From Methanothrix sp. (lineage in GTDB: Archaea > Halobacteriota > Methanosarcinia > Methanotrichales > Methanotrichaceae), in contig JBAXWY010000036.1 in NCBI GenBank assembly GCA_037128175.1, forward strand, positions 1 through 29,102: 29,102 bases of DNA, given 5' to 3'. Shown here in pieces: positions 27,140 through 29,102 of the stretch. The notes under the pieces were generated by a model. That model made no database searches. It was not told where the DNA came from and saw only the letters and a program-made list of their open reading frames with translations. The number at the start of each line of letters is the position of its first letter. Within the stretch, counting starts at the first letter, position 1. Made by a program: the position numbers and the translations under genes.

Positions 27140-28324
27140 CTGAACGACGATCTCTGGGTCATCTCATTCCTGGGCAAAGATCGACCGGGACTGATTCGCG
27201 ATATCCTGGAGGAGCCAGCCCAGCAGAATGTAAATATCGTGGATATGGATCAGCGGGTGATGCAGGGCATATTCGTCATGTCTGTGGTAGCTGATTTTGC
27301 CAATGCGCGCGTCACGGCCAGCGAGTTGCAAGCATGGCTGCAAAGAAAGGCCGACGATCTCGGCATTCAATTCAACTTCCTGCCCCTGGGCCAGTACCGG
27401 GGCCGGCGCAAATCGAAGAAGAGCCTGCATGTGGTCACCATTCTGGCCAAAGACCGGCCGGGCATCATCCGCGATGCGGCAAACGTGGCTGCTGGAAATG
27501 AGATCAATATCGAAAGGGCATCGGTCACGGCCCGGGGGGATCTCATCTCCATTGAATTTCTCATGGACTTTTCCGATTGCGATGAGGATGAATGCAAAGC
27601 CAGGCTCAAGAAGGATTGCGAGCTTCTAGGCCTTGATGTGGTGATTCAGGATCTGGGGCGCTCTCGCAAAGAGAAGCGGCTTATCGTTTTTGACATGGAC
27701 ATGACCATTGTCGATTTCGAGATCATCAACAAGCTGGCCGGATTTGCTGGAGTGGACGAGCAGGTAAAAGCGATAACGGAAATGGCCATGAACGGGGAGA
27801 TGGACTTCAAAGAGTCGCTGCGCCAGAGGGTGCGCCTCCTCAAGGGAATGCCAGAGAGAACCTTGCAGGAGATCGCTTCCGATCTGCGTCTTACCCCTGG
27901 ATCGGAGGAGCTGCTACATCATCTAAAGCACCTGGGCTACAAGATCGCACTCATCAGCGGCGGATTTACCTATTTTACCGATGTGCTCAAAGAGCAGCTG
28001 GGCTTTGACTACACCTTTGCCAATGAACTGATGATCGAGAACGGCTTTGTAACCGGCGAGATCAAAGGAGATATCATCGATGCCGAGGCCAAGGGGCGCA
28101 TCATCTACCGGCTGGCGGAGCTGGAGAATATCAGTTCGGACAATATTGTGGCCGTGGGCGACGGAGCCAACGACTGCCTTATGATCGAGAACGCAGGCCT
28201 TGGTGTAGCCTTCAATGCCAAAGAGGTCTTAAAGAAGGTATCGGACGGGTCACTTTCCCGAGAGAACCTGCTGGGGCTGCTTAATGTTCTGGGCCTGGCG
28301 GATAAAGATAAAGAGATGCCTTAA
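27140..28324 (+). CDS. serB: Phosphoserine phosphatase SerB with two ACT domains (probable CTG start)
   Basis: Two 'KDRPG' ACT motifs, the first upstream of the tracked start. HAD motifs 'FDMDMT', 'ISGGF', 'VGDGAND'. Confidence 0.92.
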   Translation: MNDDLWVISFLGKDRPGLIRDILEEPAQQNVNIVDMDQRVMQGIFVMSVVADFANARVTASELQAWLQRKADDLGIQFNFLPLGQYRGRRKSKKSLHVVTILAKDRPGIIRDAANVAAGNEINIERASVTARGDLISIEFLMDFSDCDEDECKARLKKDCELLGLDVVIQDLGRSRKEKRLIVFDMDMTIVDFEIINKLAGFAGVDEQVKAITEMAMNGEMDFKESLRQRVRLLKGMPERTLQEIASDLRLTPGSEELLHHLKHLGYKIALISGGFTYFTDVLKEQLGFDYTFANELMIENGFVTGEIKGDIIDAEAKGRIIYRLAELENISSDNIVAVGDGANDCLMIENAGLGVAFNAKEVLKKVSDGSLSRENLLGLLNVLGLADKDKEMP

Positions 28325-28514
28325 TTTTTAGTTGTGGCCATTTATCCCTTCCTTATAGAGTACAGGATAATAAGAGCGTCGGAGCACTTGGGCATGGGGC
28401 AAAGGGAGGCCGGAAGCCCACTAATTTGCGACAGCTCCACCCAATAGAAAGTTAGGTGACCACGGCAGCGATCTGCAGCTTGGCTTTTTCGGGCACATAG
28501 CAGCCCGATCGACC

Positions 28515-28676
28515 ATGAGACTTTCCAAGCTGAAAAGTGAAGCCGTTTCTAATTTGAAAACGGGACTTCTGGAGCACTACCTGGTTCTTTTAGAGCTGGC
28601 ACCCAAAGGACGAAAGCTCTCTTTCCTGGACATCGAGGTAGAAGCACTTGTCCAGGCTTCCGGCAATCTCGGCTAA
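28515..28676 (+). pseudogene. HicB-like antitoxin, N-terminally truncated (53 aa)
   Basis: MRLSKLKSEAVSNLKTGLLEHYLVLLELAPKGRKLSFLDIEVEALVQASGNLG. It retains the 'EA..NLK' helix and overlaps hicA, but lacks the preceding beta-strands and xQGxT motif. Confidence 0.55.
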
Positions 28677-28875
28677 AGCGGCCATCAAGGCTCTGGATCA
28701 TTTTGGATTTAAGGTCTATCGCCAGACCGGAAGCCATATTCACCACTGGAATGAAGAAAGAAATCTTGTCGTTACCGTGCCGAACCACCCGGAGCTGGCG
28801 AAGGGCACATTGATCTCGATCATTAAGCAGGCGAAGCTGGAAAGAAAAGAATTCATTGCCGCCTTGAAGGAATAG
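28648..28875 (+). CDS. hicA: HicA family toxin (mRNA interferase)
   Basis: 'GFKVYRQTGSH', 'VTVPNHPELAKGTLISIIKQA'; TTG start. Confidence 0.93.
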   Translation: MSRLPAISAKAAIKALDHFGFKVYRQTGSHIHHWNEERNLVVTVPNHPELAKGTLISIIKQAKLERKEFIAALKE

Positions 28876-29102
28876 AACCACAGGTAACAACAAGCCCTCG
28901 CCTGACGTCGCCAGGGGCGCGCGCCCATGCGTGTGGCCTCCCGAGGGGAGCGGAGGTGCATGCGAGCATGCGGAAAATGGGGGCTGGTTTCGTGGAGACG
29001 ATGGCAGTTTGCTATTATTATTAGCATATAATTATAGCTAAGGAATATTGAGGATTCCTATAAACCTGCCCAATTATTAATATGCAAAAGTATATATAGT
29101 AT

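Noticed and set aside
28451-29012. hicBA as an integron cassette (GTTAGGT at 28451; TAAC after the hicA stop)
   Set aside because: The putative core sites are not complementary, no properly placed GTTRRRY closes the hairpin, and no integrase is present.

Overview
Archaeal chromosome segment, most consistent with a Methanothrix (Methanosaeta)-like methanogen. The assignment is an inference from the two-subunit ATP-citrate lyase, the archaeal pus10-rpl21e-rpo4-DUF655-ksgA string, trmY, methanogen-type thiI and an apparent CTG start codon. Positions 1-6.8 kb hold a defence island: a BREX-like minus-strand operon of a RadC-N/BrxA-like fusion, a BrxB/BrxF-like small protein, a large Zn-ribbon adenine methyltransferase and a BrxC-like ATPase. 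Three of these four genes look damaged (ATA start, +1 frameshift, truncation), while an intact two-gene cassette (His-rich small protein plus DUF1828/1829-like nuclease-fold protein) sits inside the operon in the opposite orientation. The remainder is mostly housekeeping and metabolic genes: PHP hydrolase, leuC/hacA-type large subunit, aclAB, tRNA-Pro(UGG), thiI, pyrF, MFS transporter, eRF1-fold paralogue, aldehyde dehydrogenase, serB and hicA. Features missed by the ORF track include a 59-aa basic ORF coupled to thiI, three copies of a CTCTGTG/CACAGAG-rich inverted-repeat element, relics of a receiver domain and a LigD phosphoesterase, and an N-terminally truncated hicB. All family calls come from recognising motifs by eye; no database search was run.
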